Assembly (NCBI GenBank): GCA_963748015.1
Contig: CAVVHE010000009.1
Location: 573,205-637,204, forward strand
Length of the DNA stretch: 64,000 nucleotides
Origin: Terriglobia bacterium
GTDB lineage: Bacteria > Acidobacteriota > Polarisedimenticolia > Polarisedimenticolales > JAIQFR01
Reading direction: 5' to 3'
Under the pieces are notes generated by a model that made no database searches, was not told where the DNA came from, and saw only the letters and a list, made by a program, of their open reading frames with translations. The position numbers and the translations under genes are program-made. This document shows, piece by piece, positions 40,904 to 50,606 of the stretch. How positions within the stretch are numbered: the first letter of the stretch is position 1; each line of letters opens with the position of its first letter.

Positions 40904-42052
40904 TCAGATCTTCGAGGCGATGCGCCGGAGGAGGCGCTGCGCGCCCTCGGAGAAGACGGCGGGCTCCGGCAGCAGGCTCACGACCGCGTAGGAGCGGCCG
41001 GGGAAGTCGAAGAAGTACCCGGGGTGCATCGCGACGCCGTCCTGCTCGAGCAGCTCGAGCGCGAGCGCCTCCTCGTCGATCGTGGACGGGAAGCGGAGCA
41101 CGGCGCTCCAGCCGCCCTGCGGCGGGGGGGCGCTGACGGCCGGGACCGCAGCAGCCGCCGCGCGGAGCGTCCCCAGGTTCTCGCGGCAGCGAGCGAGGAT
41201 CGCGCGGCGAACGGGCGCGGCCTCGCTCAGCAGCGACGGCAGCGCGAGCTGGACCGGCGTGGCGACCGAGAGGTAGCTGTCCGCGATGAACTCGAGACGA
41301 CGGACCGCCTCCTCGACCGCCTCGCCGGGACCGGAGGTCACGATCCACGAGAGCTTCAGCTGCGGCAGCCCGAGCGACTTCGACAGTCCACCCAGCGCGA
41401 ACGTGAGGGCTTCGGCGCGCGCCGCCAGGCTCGGCATTTCCTCGGCGCGCGCGAGCGGGTAGTCGAGGAAGACCTCGTCGGCGATCAGCGCCAGCCCGTG
41501 TCGCGCGCAGGCGCGGGCGAGAGACTCCGCCGACGCCTGCTCGACGTACGAGCCGGTGGGGTTGTTCGGGTGCACGGCGATGATCGCGCGCGCGCGGTCG
41601 GGCATGACCGCCGGGAGCGAAGGCTGCCAGCCGTCGTCGGGGTCGAGACGGTACGGAACGGCGCGCACGCCGTCGAGGGCCGCGAGGTGCTCGAACAGCG
41701 GGTACGACGGGTACGGCACGAGGACGGCGTCGCCGGGCTCGCAGAGGAGCTTGAACAGGAACGAGTAGGCCTCGCTCGACGAGGCGACGATCGCGACATG
41801 CCCGGGATCCACGGCGGCGCCGTGCCGCCGGCACTCCGCGGCGACCGCGCGTCTCGCGCTCTCGATCCCGAGCGGCTCCGGCCGGTAGACGAGCCCCGCG
41901 GGGCGCGAGAGGGGTGCCAAGAGCGATTCGGGGTAGGGGATCCCGCAGACGGTCGGGTTCGACACGGTGAGGTCGAACGGGACCTCGTGCCGGCCGCGCG
42001 CGCCGGCGATCGCGTTCGGACGAAGATCCGCGGGGATTCTGCGGGAAAACAC
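40904..42052 (-). CDS. PLP-dependent aminotransferase class I/II
   Basis: PSYPLF, VHPNNPTG, IADEVF, GGLSKSLGLPQLKLSW; GTG start at 42052 inferred. Confidence 0.9.
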   Translation of the reverse strand: MFSRRIPADLRPNAIAGARGRHEVPFDLTVSNPTVCGIPYPESLLAPLSRPAGLVYRPEPLGIESARRAVAAECRRHGAAVDPGHVAIVASSSEAYSFLFKLLCEPGDAVLVPYPSYPLFEHLAALDGVRAVPYRLDPDDGWQPSLPAVMPDRARAIIAVHPNNPTGSYVEQASAESLARACARHGLALIADEVFLDYPLARAEEMPSLAARAEALTFALGGLSKSLGLPQLKLSWIVTSGPGEAVEEAVRRLEFIADSYLSVATPVQLALPSLLSEAAPVRRAILARCRENLGTLRAAAAAVPAVSAPPPQGGWSAVLRFPSTIDEEALALELLEQDGVAMHPGYFFDFPGRSYAVVSLLPEPAVFSEGAQRLLRRIASKI

Positions 42053-42206
42053 CTGCTCATTTTCGCACACCGCGCGCCTCGCTCGAAGGCGGGCGGAAGC
42101 GGCGGCCGCCTCGTTCCGAGAGCGAGCCCGCGGGAACTGGCCGTAAGTCGCTGTCCGACTTGACCCTTCCCCTCCGGGGACTACGTTTACCTGGGAGAAG
42201 TATCGA

Positions 42207-43475
42207 ATGGCGCTCTACGGGGACCTTTCCAGCATGCAGCTGCCCGACCTGCTCCAGTGGGCGGGTCAGGCGGGAAAGACCGGCACGCTGGAGCTAGAGC
42301 GCCACAACCACGTCAAGCGGATCCACTTCCGCAAGGGGCGGCTGATCGGCTGCTCGTCCGAGGACCCGCCGTCTCGGCTGGGGCAGTTCCTGCTCTCCCG
42401 CGGGAAGATCACCGAGTCGCAGCTAGGCGACGGGCTCGCCCGCCAGCAGGCCGCGGGGGACAACCTCGGGAACATCCTCGTCGCCATGGGAGCGATCTCG
42501 AGGGAGGAGCTCGTCCGCCACGTCGGCGAGAAGGCCGAGGAGACCATCTACGGCCTGTTCGACTGGCCCGACGCCGCGTTCCGCTTCATCGAGGACGCTC
42601 CGCCCGACCCGTGGTTGATCGAGGTGGACATCCGGGTCGAGGACGTCCTGCTCCACGGCATGCGCCGCTTCGACGAGATGAACCGGATGCGCGAGGTCTT
42701 CGACAACCCCGCGATCGTCCTCCGCCGCACGCAGCGGCCCGCGCCGGCCGAGATCACGGGCCACCGGGCCGCCAACGCGATCTACTCCTCCGTGGACGGC
42801 CGCCGGACGCTCGAGGAGCTGCTGCTCCACACGCACGCGTCCGAGTTCTTCGCGATGAAGTTCCTGTTCCAGCTGCTCCGAAGCGGCCTCATCGAGATCG
42901 CCGGCGTTGCGGCGAGACGGGAGCTCGAGGACTTGGTCGCGTCCGCCGCGACGCGCGCGCAGGCGGCCGCGGGCCAGGCCGAGGCGAGCGCGGCCGTTGC
43001 CGTCGCCCCGCCCCCGGCGCAGGTCCCGCCGCCGGCCGTCCGACCCGAGCCCGCCACGGACGCCGGGCGCGAAGCGAGCGTATCGGGCGAGATCGAGATG
43101 GCGCTGAGCCTCATGTCCCGGAACGAGCCGGAAGCGGCCCTCGCGGTCCTCGGCGCGGCATACCGCAGCCACCCGGGCGACCCGACGCTTCGCGAGCTCC
43201 TCGGCAAGGCCGAGGCGGCCAGCCGGGACAACGCCGTTCGAATCCTCGATCCCCACGCCGTTCCCATCCTCACGCGGCCCGCCGAGGAGATCGCGAAGGT
43301 GCCGCTCTCTCCCACGGAGTCCTACCTCACCAGCCTGCTCGACGGAAAGAGCGACGTCCGGACGGTCCTCTGGCTCGCCCCCATGCGCGAGATCGACGTC
43401 CTGCACGCGCTGAAGAGCATGCTCGAGCGGAACCTGATCGAGCTCCGGCAACCGTCAGGTCCCGGCCCGTTGTAG
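42207..43475 (+). CDS. DUF4388 (PATAN-like) domain protein
   Basis: MALYGDLSSMQLPDLLQW...KTGTL, RLGQFLLSRGKIT, LFDWPDAAFRF. Confidence 0.85.
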   Translation: MALYGDLSSMQLPDLLQWAGQAGKTGTLELERHNHVKRIHFRKGRLIGCSSEDPPSRLGQFLLSRGKITESQLGDGLARQQAAGDNLGNILVAMGAISREELVRHVGEKAEETIYGLFDWPDAAFRFIEDAPPDPWLIEVDIRVEDVLLHGMRRFDEMNRMREVFDNPAIVLRRTQRPAPAEITGHRAANAIYSSVDGRRTLEELLLHTHASEFFAMKFLFQLLRSGLIEIAGVAARRELEDLVASAATRAQAAAGQAEASAAVAVAPPPAQVPPPAVRPEPATDAGREASVSGEIEMALSLMSRNEPEAALAVLGAAYRSHPGDPTLRELLGKAEAASRDNAVRILDPHAVPILTRPAEEIAKVPLSPTESYLTSLLDGKSDVRTVLWLAPMREIDVLHALKSMLERNLIELRQPSGPGPL

Positions 43476-43485
43476 CATCTTCCCC

Positions 43486-44727
43486 GTGACCCAGAGCCCA
43501 TCATCTTCGTGGCGCGCCGCGCTTCGCGGGAACGTGCTGGCGGTCGGCATCGTCAGCTTCTTCACCGATTTCTCCAGCGAGATGATCTACCCGCTCCTGC
43601 CGGCGTACCTCACCGCCCTCGCCCCGCTCGGGACCGCCGCGGTCTGGGTGGGCCTGATGGAGGGGATCGCCGAGACGACGGCCAGCCTTCTCAAGCTGGT
43701 TTCCGGACGCGTGAGCGACGCCCTGGGCCGGCGCAAGGCGCTGGTGGTCCTCGGGTACGGGCTCTCCACGGTCTGCCGCCCCTTGATGGCGGCCACCGGC
43801 GCCGCCTGGCAGGTCGTCGGCCTGCGCTTCGCCGACCGGGTGGGCAAGGGGATCAGGACGTCGCCGCGAGACGCGATCGTCGGAGACTCCGTCGCCCCCG
43901 AGCACCGCGGGCTCGCGTTCAGCTTCCACCGCGCGATGGACCACGCGGGAGCGGTCCTCGGTCCGCTGGTCGCGTCGGCGATCCTGTGGGGGTTCCTCGG
44001 CCGCGCGATGTGGGGAGGAGGGGCGAGCGTCGCGCCCGGCGAGCTCTACGCCCTCCGCTGGATCTTCGCGATCGCGCTGATCCCGGGCCTCGTCGCGATG
44101 GGCTGGCTCGTCGCCGGGCTCCGCGAGGTCCCCCCCGCGCGCGCCGGCGTGGCGGGCCGCGGCGGAGGATGGCGTGACCTTCCGCCGAGGCTCCACGGCT
44201 TCGTGGCCGTCGTGACGGTGTTCGCTCTCGGCAACAGCTCCGACCTCTTCCTCCTGCTCTACGGTCAGGTCCGTTTCGGTCTCGGCATGGGCGCGGCGAT
44301 GGCGCTCTGGGTGGCGCTCCACCTGTCGAAGATCGCGTTCAGCTTCCCGGGAGGCATCGTCTCCGACCGGTTCGGGAGGCGCCGCGTGATCGTCGCCGGC
44401 TGGGCCGTGTACGCCCTGGTCTATCTCGGAATGGCCCGCGCGACGGCGGCATGGCAGTACTGCGCGCTGTTCGTCGCGTACGGCGCCTACTACGGGCTGA
44501 CGGAAGGGGCCGAGAAGGCCCTCGTGGCCGACTACGTCCCGAGCGAGCGGCGCGGCACGGCGTACGGCCTGTACCACGGGGCGATCGGCCTCGCGGCGCT
44601 GCCCGCGAGCCTGCTGTTCGGCTGGATCTGGAAAATCGCCGGCCCAGCGTCCGCGTTCGGCGCCGGCGCCGGTCTCGCCGGTCTCGCCGCGGTCCTCATG
44701 CCGTTCGTTCCGCGAGGAGAGCGATGA
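43486..44727 (+). CDS. MFS transporter
   Basis: SFFTDFSSEMIYPLLP, SDALGRRK, DRVGKGIRTSPRDA, SDRFGRR. Confidence 0.92.
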   Translation: MTQSPSSSWRAALRGNVLAVGIVSFFTDFSSEMIYPLLPAYLTALAPLGTAAVWVGLMEGIAETTASLLKLVSGRVSDALGRRKALVVLGYGLSTVCRPLMAATGAAWQVVGLRFADRVGKGIRTSPRDAIVGDSVAPEHRGLAFSFHRAMDHAGAVLGPLVASAILWGFLGRAMWGGGASVAPGELYALRWIFAIALIPGLVAMGWLVAGLREVPPARAGVAGRGGGWRDLPPRLHGFVAVVTVFALGNSSDLFLLLYGQVRFGLGMGAAMALWVALHLSKIAFSFPGGIVSDRFGRRRVIVAGWAVYALVYLGMARATAAWQYCALFVAYGAYYGLTEGAEKALVADYVPSERRGTAYGLYHGAIGLAALPASLLFGWIWKIAGPASAFGAGAGLAGLAAVLMPFVPRGER

Positions 44728-45146
44728 TCGAGATCCGTGGCGGTCTTTCGATTCCCGAGGACGAGGTGACCTTCGTCTTCTCGCGCAGCGGAGGGCCGGG
44801 CGGCCAGAACGTCAACAAGGTCGCCACCCGCGCCACGCTGCTCTTCGACGTCAAGGGCTCGCGCGCGCTCACCCCGGAACAGAAGGCGAGGATCCTCGAC
44901 CGGCTCGCCACGCGCGTGAGCCACGCCGGGGTCCTGCGCGTCGTCTGCCAGACCTCGCGCAGCCAGGCTGCGAACCGAGCCGGCGCGATCGAGCGCTTCG
45001 CGATGCTTCTTCGCGACGCCCTTCGCCGCGAGAAGCCGCGGACCCCGACTCGGGTTTCGAAGGCGGACAAGGTGCGCCGCCTCGACGAGAAGCGCCGCCG
45101 CAGCCGCCTCAAGCACAACCGCCGCCCGGCCGCCGACGGCGATTAG
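44724..45146 (+). CDS. arfB: Alternative ribosome rescue peptidyl-tRNA hydrolase ArfB
   Basis: SRSGGPGGQNVNKVAT, RSQAANR, basic C-terminal tail. Confidence 0.93.
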   Translation: MIEIRGGLSIPEDEVTFVFSRSGGPGGQNVNKVATRATLLFDVKGSRALTPEQKARILDRLATRVSHAGVLRVVCQTSRSQAANRAGAIERFAMLLRDALRREKPRTPTRVSKADKVRRLDEKRRRSRLKHNRRPAADGD

Positions 45147-45162
45147 CCCGCAGAGCCACCGT

Positions 45163-45236
45163 GGGGCCCGAGACCGGAAGCGTTCCTCGCCGGCCCGGAA
45201 AAGGGCCGTCTCCGGACGCTTCCGGTCTCGGGCCCC
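45163..45236. repeat. Hairpin element between convergent genes (21-bp arms)
   Basis: GGGGCCCGAGACCGGAAGCGT (45163-45183) / ACGCTTCCGGTCTCGGGCCCC (45216-45236); inner CGGCCC-GGAAAA-GGGCCG. Confidence 0.85.
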
Positions 45237-45299
45237 TCTCGGTCGTTGCCCAGCGAGGACGCTCGCTCGAGGGATCGAGCTTGCGGACGGCCGTGTGGG

Positions 45300-45920
45300 T
45301 TACTTCTGCTTCCAGGCCCCGTCGGGGGTCTGGATCCAGTCGCCGGGACGCGCGTTGTCGCGGAGGGTGGCGGCGTAGGTCTCCTGGATCTTCGGGAGCT
45401 GGGCCAGATCGACGTTCTTCGCGGCGGCGATCTCCTTGAAGAGGGCGTCGCGGTCGGCGTTCTCGGCCTTGACGAGCTGCTGGACCTGGGCGCGCGCCTT
45501 GAGGTCGGCGACCTTGTCGAGGCTCCGCGGCTCGAGGAGGGCGCGGTTGCTCTCGCCGATCACGCCCTGGGCCTTGAAGGCGTCGAGCTGCGCGACGCGC
45601 GCGGCGCGGGACTCGATGATCTTGCGGATCGCCGGGCTCGACACCTCGGGCGCGGCGACCTCCTGGGCGAAGGCCGGCGTCGCGCCGAGGACGAGGTCGA
45701 GGAGGCTCGCGCTGCCGCCCTTGGGATTGTCGGAGGCGGGGGGCGCGGGCGTCTCGGACGAGGGCTGCTGCTTGGCCGCCTCCTTCTGCACCTGGTCCTC
45801 GATCTGCTTCGAGAGGTCCTTGATCGCGGCCTCGGGGAAGTACACGTTGATGGTCACGCAGGCCAGGGTCACGGCGAGTGCCAGGCCGATCGGCGCGATG
45901 AGGCTTGAGGTCCGCTTCAT
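45300..45920 (-). CDS. DUF1318 (YdbL-like) lipoprotein
   Basis: Lipobox TLAC-VTINVYFP; GVIGESN, LVKAENADR, PGDWIQTPDGAW. Confidence 0.85.
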   Translation of the reverse strand: MKRTSSLIAPIGLALAVTLACVTINVYFPEAAIKDLSKQIEDQVQKEAAKQQPSSETPAPPASDNPKGGSASLLDLVLGATPAFAQEVAAPEVSSPAIRKIIESRAARVAQLDAFKAQGVIGESNRALLEPRSLDKVADLKARAQVQQLVKAENADRDALFKEIAAAKNVDLAQLPKIQETYAATLRDNARPGDWIQTPDGAWKQK

Positions 45921-45980
45921 GTCGTTCTCCTCCGGGCGGGTTCTCGGGTCGTTCCCCTCGATGGCAGTCTAACCCCTTTC

Positions 45981-48900
45981 TCAGGGCTTCGTGGTCGCCG
46001 CGGAGAAGTCCAGCGAGCGGACTCGCTCGAGCATCGTCCGGAACGACACGCTCCTTCCCGGCTGCGCGTTGACCACGTCGATGGGGAAGGGAAGTCTCCC
46101 CTTGAGGAACAGCTCGCGCTCGCCGCGGCGCTCGAGCCCGCGCAGGAGAAACACGTCGTTCTCGAGGCTCATCCGAATCCCGAGGGCCTCGTAGGTGTAC
46201 CGGTCGAAGAACCGGTGGATTCCGCGATCGAAGATTCCGACGCTGCCGCCGGTACCCAGGATCGCGATGTTGTTGATCGCCTTCACGTTGATCGTGCGGG
46301 ATACGCCCTCCCGCTCGACCGTGCGGATCTCGGCCTCGAAGCGGACGGGGGTGCCGCGGAAGAGCTCGCAGTCCTGGAGCGACCCCTCGAGCGTCCCGGC
46401 CATCTCGCCGAAGTCGAAGCGTCTCGTGACCTGCCCGAGATCGATGTCGTGGAAGGACGCCGAGAAGGCGAGCTTCGGGTACCGCGACAGGACGTCCTTT
46501 CCCGAGATGTCGCCGATCGCGAGCTTTCCCCCGAAGATCGAGATCTCCCCGCCGCCCGTCACGTGAAGCTCGGAGGGCGAGAACGAGACCGCGGGCAGAT
46601 GGCCGTCCACCGTCCCCTCGAGCGGGAGGAATCCGAGCGCGCGCGACGCCTCGCCGAGATCGAGCTTCGACAGCAGGATCCCGGTTTCGACGCGGCGGGA
46701 CGGCCGCAGTAGATCGAGGAGCCTCAGCTCCTCGAAGCCGATCGCGCCCCCGAGGATCGCGACCCCGAGCCTTTCCTCGAGCGCGATCGAGTCACCCCGG
46801 AGCCCAAGGCCGGTCGACATCGGCGGGACGACGAGCCCGCCGACCGAGGCGCGACCGAAGCGGAGGCTCCCGCGCCCTGCGGCGCCGCGGACGGGCCGCT
46901 CGCCGTCCGCTCCCGGCGCGCCCCAGGCCAGATCGATCGGTAGGTCGAGGTCGAGCCCCTCCACTTCCGCGTAGCCGCCCGTGCCGGCGAGCCGCACTCC
47001 CTTCGCCTCCACGCGGCCCTCGATCGCCCTTTGGTCCCCGGCGATCGTCCCGCGAAGCGCGGCGCGCAGCGAGCCGCCGGCCTCGATCCTCTTGAAGAAC
47101 GGGACGGCGTCGCCGAGCGTCGCGCGGAGATAGCGGTCCACCGTCGTGCCGAGATCGGCGACGGCGAGGTCGAGCGTCCCGGTGACCGGTCCTTGCGGCG
47201 GCGCATCGATCGACGCCTGGACGCGCGGCCCCTCGGGCAGCGTCCACGCGGCCGTGCCGGTCCACCGCATCGCGCCGGCCCCCGGCGGGCCGTCGAACGT
47301 CGCGCGCGCGTCCGCCGAGAGCGACGACGCGAGGGCCGAGCCGTCGAGGAAGAAGCTGCCCCAGAGAAGCTGGAACCCGCCGACGGGCGCCCGCGCCCGG
47401 ACATGCAGCGCGGGCTCGCCCCTCCCCGCGTCGAACGCGAGCTCCCACGACGTGTCGAGCCCTTCCAGCGCCTTCGACCCGTCCTCCGAGGCGAAGCCGC
47501 TCTGCCGGACCGCGGCGCCGCCGGAGCCCGCGATGCGCCCGCCCTCCACGAGCTTCGCCTCGAGCTCCGCCGTCGCAGTCCCTCGAAGCGAGTATCCCGG
47601 CGCGGGGTCGCCGATCAGGGGGCGGAGGAACGACTGCCAGCGCGCGAGGTCGAGCTCCTCGGCGCGGACCTTCATCGAGCCGCGCGGCTGGCCCGATAGG
47701 AGGAGCTCGCCGCTGCCCGTCAACCGCGCGAGCCCCGAGGCCTCGGCAGCCGCGCGGGCGATCGTCAGCGCGGAAGGAGAGGTCGCGAGCGCACCGGTCG
47801 CCGCGAGGGAGACCGGAACGGACTCGAGCGGCGGAACCGCGGCGCCACCGCGGACCTCGAGGCTCGCGATCTCGATACGGCCGGCGGGAGGGCGCCACGA
47901 GAGCTGCGCCGCGGCGCGCGCGTCCGAGAGCGACCACGCTCTCCCCGGGAGCCCGGGACCGGCCGCCGCGTCCACGCGAAGCGGGGCGGCCTCGAGCCGC
48001 GCGTCGATCGCGGGCGAGGCGAGGGAACCCGAGAGGGTCCCGCCGGCCGCGATCTTGCCGCGTACCGTGAGGCCCGCGGGGGTCGGGTAGCCGGCCTCGC
48101 GCGCGAGGGCAGCCAGCCGCTCGAGGTCGCCGCCGCTCCACGCGAAGCGAAGGTCGGCCTCCGGGCCTGCGGCGGGCAGACGCGCGTTTCCTCTCGCCTC
48201 GATGCGGCCCAAGCCGCCCGTCTCGATCGACAGCGTCCCGTCGTCGAGCGCCGACGGTCCCGTCTCGACGCGCGCCTCGAGGGTCGCCCGGACGGGAAGG
48301 ATCCCGGCGGGGAAGGGGATGCCTCCGAGCCGGCCCGTGACGCGCGGGACGACGATCTCGACGCGCAGCGGTCCGGACGCGCGCCCCTCCTCGATGCGAA
48401 CCGAGCCGCGCGCGGCGACCGTCGCGTCCTCCACGGCGAGTTCGCCTCCGCCCGAGGTCGTCGCCGCGCGATCGAGACGGGCGGCGAGGTCGTAGCTCGA
48501 CCGCGCTCGCGCTCTCGGCGACGATCGCCAGGTCGGCGCGTCCTCGAACGGAAGCTCCCTCGGGCAGCGCCGCCACGAGCGCGGCCGCCGCGGCAAGGTC
48601 GAGTCCCTTCACGGACGCCCGCGCCCCCAGCAAGGCCCAGGACTTCGCGTCCAGGGTCGCCGACGCCTCCATCGACTCCACGAAGGGAAGCCGCGCCTTC
48701 GCCTCGACGGAGAGCGGTCCGCCGGGGCCCGCCTGCCGCAGCTCGCCGCGAACGGAGGGCGAGGGGATCGCGAGGTCGCGGCCATCCCGCCGCAGCGCGA
48801 TCCGCCGCGCGCCCGCGTCGAGCACGGCCGACCGGCCGCCTTCCGAGACGGCGACGGTCGCTTCGAAGCCCTGGAGCGAACCCCGCTCGATCGGAGGCGG

Positions 48901-49485
48901 CTTCCCGCTGCCCATGAGCAGGGCGAGCAACGGCAGGAGATCGGTCTCGGCCGCGCGAGCGCGGATCTCGCCGGAGAGCTCGCCGCCGACCTCGCGCAGC
49001 GACGCCGTGAATCCGAGCGCGGCCGTGGCATCGCCGGCCGCGACGACGATCGTGCCGTCCTCGATCTCCAGGACGCCGACGAGGACCTCGAGCGGCTCGG
49101 CCGAAGGGGGAGGGGGCGGGCCCGGCGGCGGCGGCGCGAGCCGCACCTCGAGCCCCGAGATCCTCAGGGTGTCGAACTTCCCCTCGAGAAACGCGGGCAA
49201 CGAGCCGCGGGCCGCGAGCTTCGCGATGCGGACGCGGTCGAGGCGCGGCTGCGAGCGCATCCGCCGGACCTCGAGGTCGCGCAGGACGAAATCGCGCAGT
49301 CCCTCGGCCGACAGCCCGCCGAGGCGCACATCCGCCCCGAGGCGACCCTCGAGCGCCTGCTCCACGCGGCGGCGCGGAAGGTCGCGCGCGAGCCAGAGCC
49401 CCGCGACCGCGAGCGCCGCCAGGACCGCGGCGACCGCCAGCAGCCGTCCCGCGAGCCGCGCCTTCTTTGAGTCCGCCTTCGCCAC
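45981..49485 (-). CDS. Large AsmA-like / YdbH-like bridge protein; one frameshift near 48497
   Basis: N-terminal TM anchor, long amphipathic beta-strand body in two frames (49485-~48497, ~48497-45981), C-terminal INVKAINNI...YEALGIRMSLENDVF; adjacent to the DUF1318 gene. Confidence 0.7.
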
Positions 49486-49564
49486 GATGCTCCTCTACCG
49501 CAGACCGGACGAGTATCGTATCCGCCCGTCGTTCGCGGTAGCGGGTGGAGCTGGCGCGGCGTAG

Positions 49565-49599
49565 AAAAAAAACGGGCTCGCCCTGGAGGAAGGCGAGCC
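49565..49599 (-). terminator. Rho-independent terminator (minus strand)
   Basis: GGCTCGCC (49575-49582) / GGCGAGCC (49592-49599) stem followed on the minus strand by T8 (49565-49572). Confidence 0.8.
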
Positions 49600-49623
49600 T
49601 TCTGAGGGGGTGGGAAACGGACT

Positions 49624-49742
49624 GGGGGGCGCGGCGTGGCGGGCCGGATCGACCTGTGGCGCTACTCGAGTCGTTCGCTCCTCGAGCCACGGCCCAATGC
49701 CGGTGGCGGCCACCGCTTCCTGGCCGCCCCGCCGCGCCCCCC
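49624..49742. repeat. Multi-hairpin structured element in a 3' UTR
   Basis: GGGGGGCGCGGCG...CGCCGCGCCCCCC outer stem with inner GTGG..CTCGAG/CTCGAG.CCAC and CGGTGGC/GCCACCG stems. Confidence 0.65.
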
Positions 49743-49769
49743 GGGGGAGGAGCGGGAGAACCTATCTGC

Positions 49770-50270
49770 TCAACGCGCGCTCGCGGTCATGACCACCAGC
49801 GCGCCCGAAGGTCCGGAGGACGCCGCCGCCACCCGGACCTCACCCGTCGGCATCTCCGCCCTGGCGCTCAGTTCGTACACGACCCCTCGCCGCGGCGAGG
49901 GCAACGTGTACCCGACGAGTTCGAGCGAACTGCCGTCGCTCTGGAACACGACGACGGGCGGCGCGTCGCCCCGCGTCTCGTTGGCCCGCCTGCGGCTCAC
50001 CAGAATGCCGATCGGGCGGCCGTTCACGTACGTCTTGTGAAGCGTCGCGACCGGCGAGAGCGCCGCCGTGTCGCACAGGGTGAGCACCCCCGCCGGGTAC
50101 GTGTTGCCGTCCGGCAGATGGACCGGCAGGCTCACGTCCACGTGGATGCACCCGGAACTCGAGCCCGCCACCGCGGGCCCGGTCGTGAAGAGGGACGCCG
50201 CGGCGAGCGCCGCGAACGTCATCGCGAGCGTCCGTCCCCGGCCTTCGGGGATCCATCGCCGTCCCAACAT
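49770..50270 (-). CDS. Hypothetical secreted protein
   Basis: GAGGAGG RBS, signal peptide, beta-rich mature region with two Cys (GCIHVDV...LPDG..YPAG.LTLC). Confidence 0.75.
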   Translation of the reverse strand: MLGRRWIPEGRGRTLAMTFAALAAASLFTTGPAVAGSSSGCIHVDVSLPVHLPDGNTYPAGVLTLCDTAALSPVATLHKTYVNGRPIGILVSRRRANETRGDAPPVVVFQSDGSSLELVGYTLPSPRRGVVYELSARAEMPTGEVRVAAASSGPSGALVVMTASAR

Positions 50271-50340
50271 CCCGCACCTCCTCTGGCCACCGCGTCTCGA
50301 CCCGTGCCTGGGAGATTCGCTCTGGCCGTGCGGATCAGAG

Positions 50341-50357
50341 CGCAAACTCGGGGCCGA
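50341..50357 (-). promoter_or_regulatory. sigma54 -24/-12 promoter
   Basis: Minus strand TCGGCCCCGAGTTTGCG = GG-N10-GC with TTGC, ~70 bp before the ATG at 50270. Confidence 0.65.
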
Positions 50358-50443
50358 CGGCCTGGCCGCGTCGTGCCTGCGCCGAAGTGCTTGACGGGGA
50401 AGACGATAGGCGGAAGGGGCGCGCTCGAGCGATTGAAAGCGAG

Positions 50444-50552
50444 TGTCTCGAAAACGAGACGCGACTCTTTCTTGCCGACGTTGAACCCACTGAATAAGAA
50501 CGACTTGATACTCAGGCAGGTCGAAGTGACGAGCTGTCTCGCATGCGAGACA
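50444..50552. promoter_or_regulatory. Two candidate enhancer (UAS) palindromes TGTCTCG-N4-CGAGAC(A/G) with an IHF-like tract between them
   Basis: TGTCTCGAAAACGAGACG (50444-50461) and perfect TGTCTCGCATGCGAGACA (50535-50552); minus-strand TATCAAGTCGTTC near 50500. Confidence 0.7.
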
Positions 50553-50606
50553 TTCCCGGCTCTTTGCCCGACCGATCCGGAATGAAGGGCCTTATAATGC
50601 GGGCCG

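Noticed and set aside
49624..49742. SRP RNA, tRNA or 5S rRNA
   Set aside because: Lacks the SRP domain IV CAGG-GNRA-AGCAG order, a T-loop GTTCRA cloverleaf and 5S motifs.
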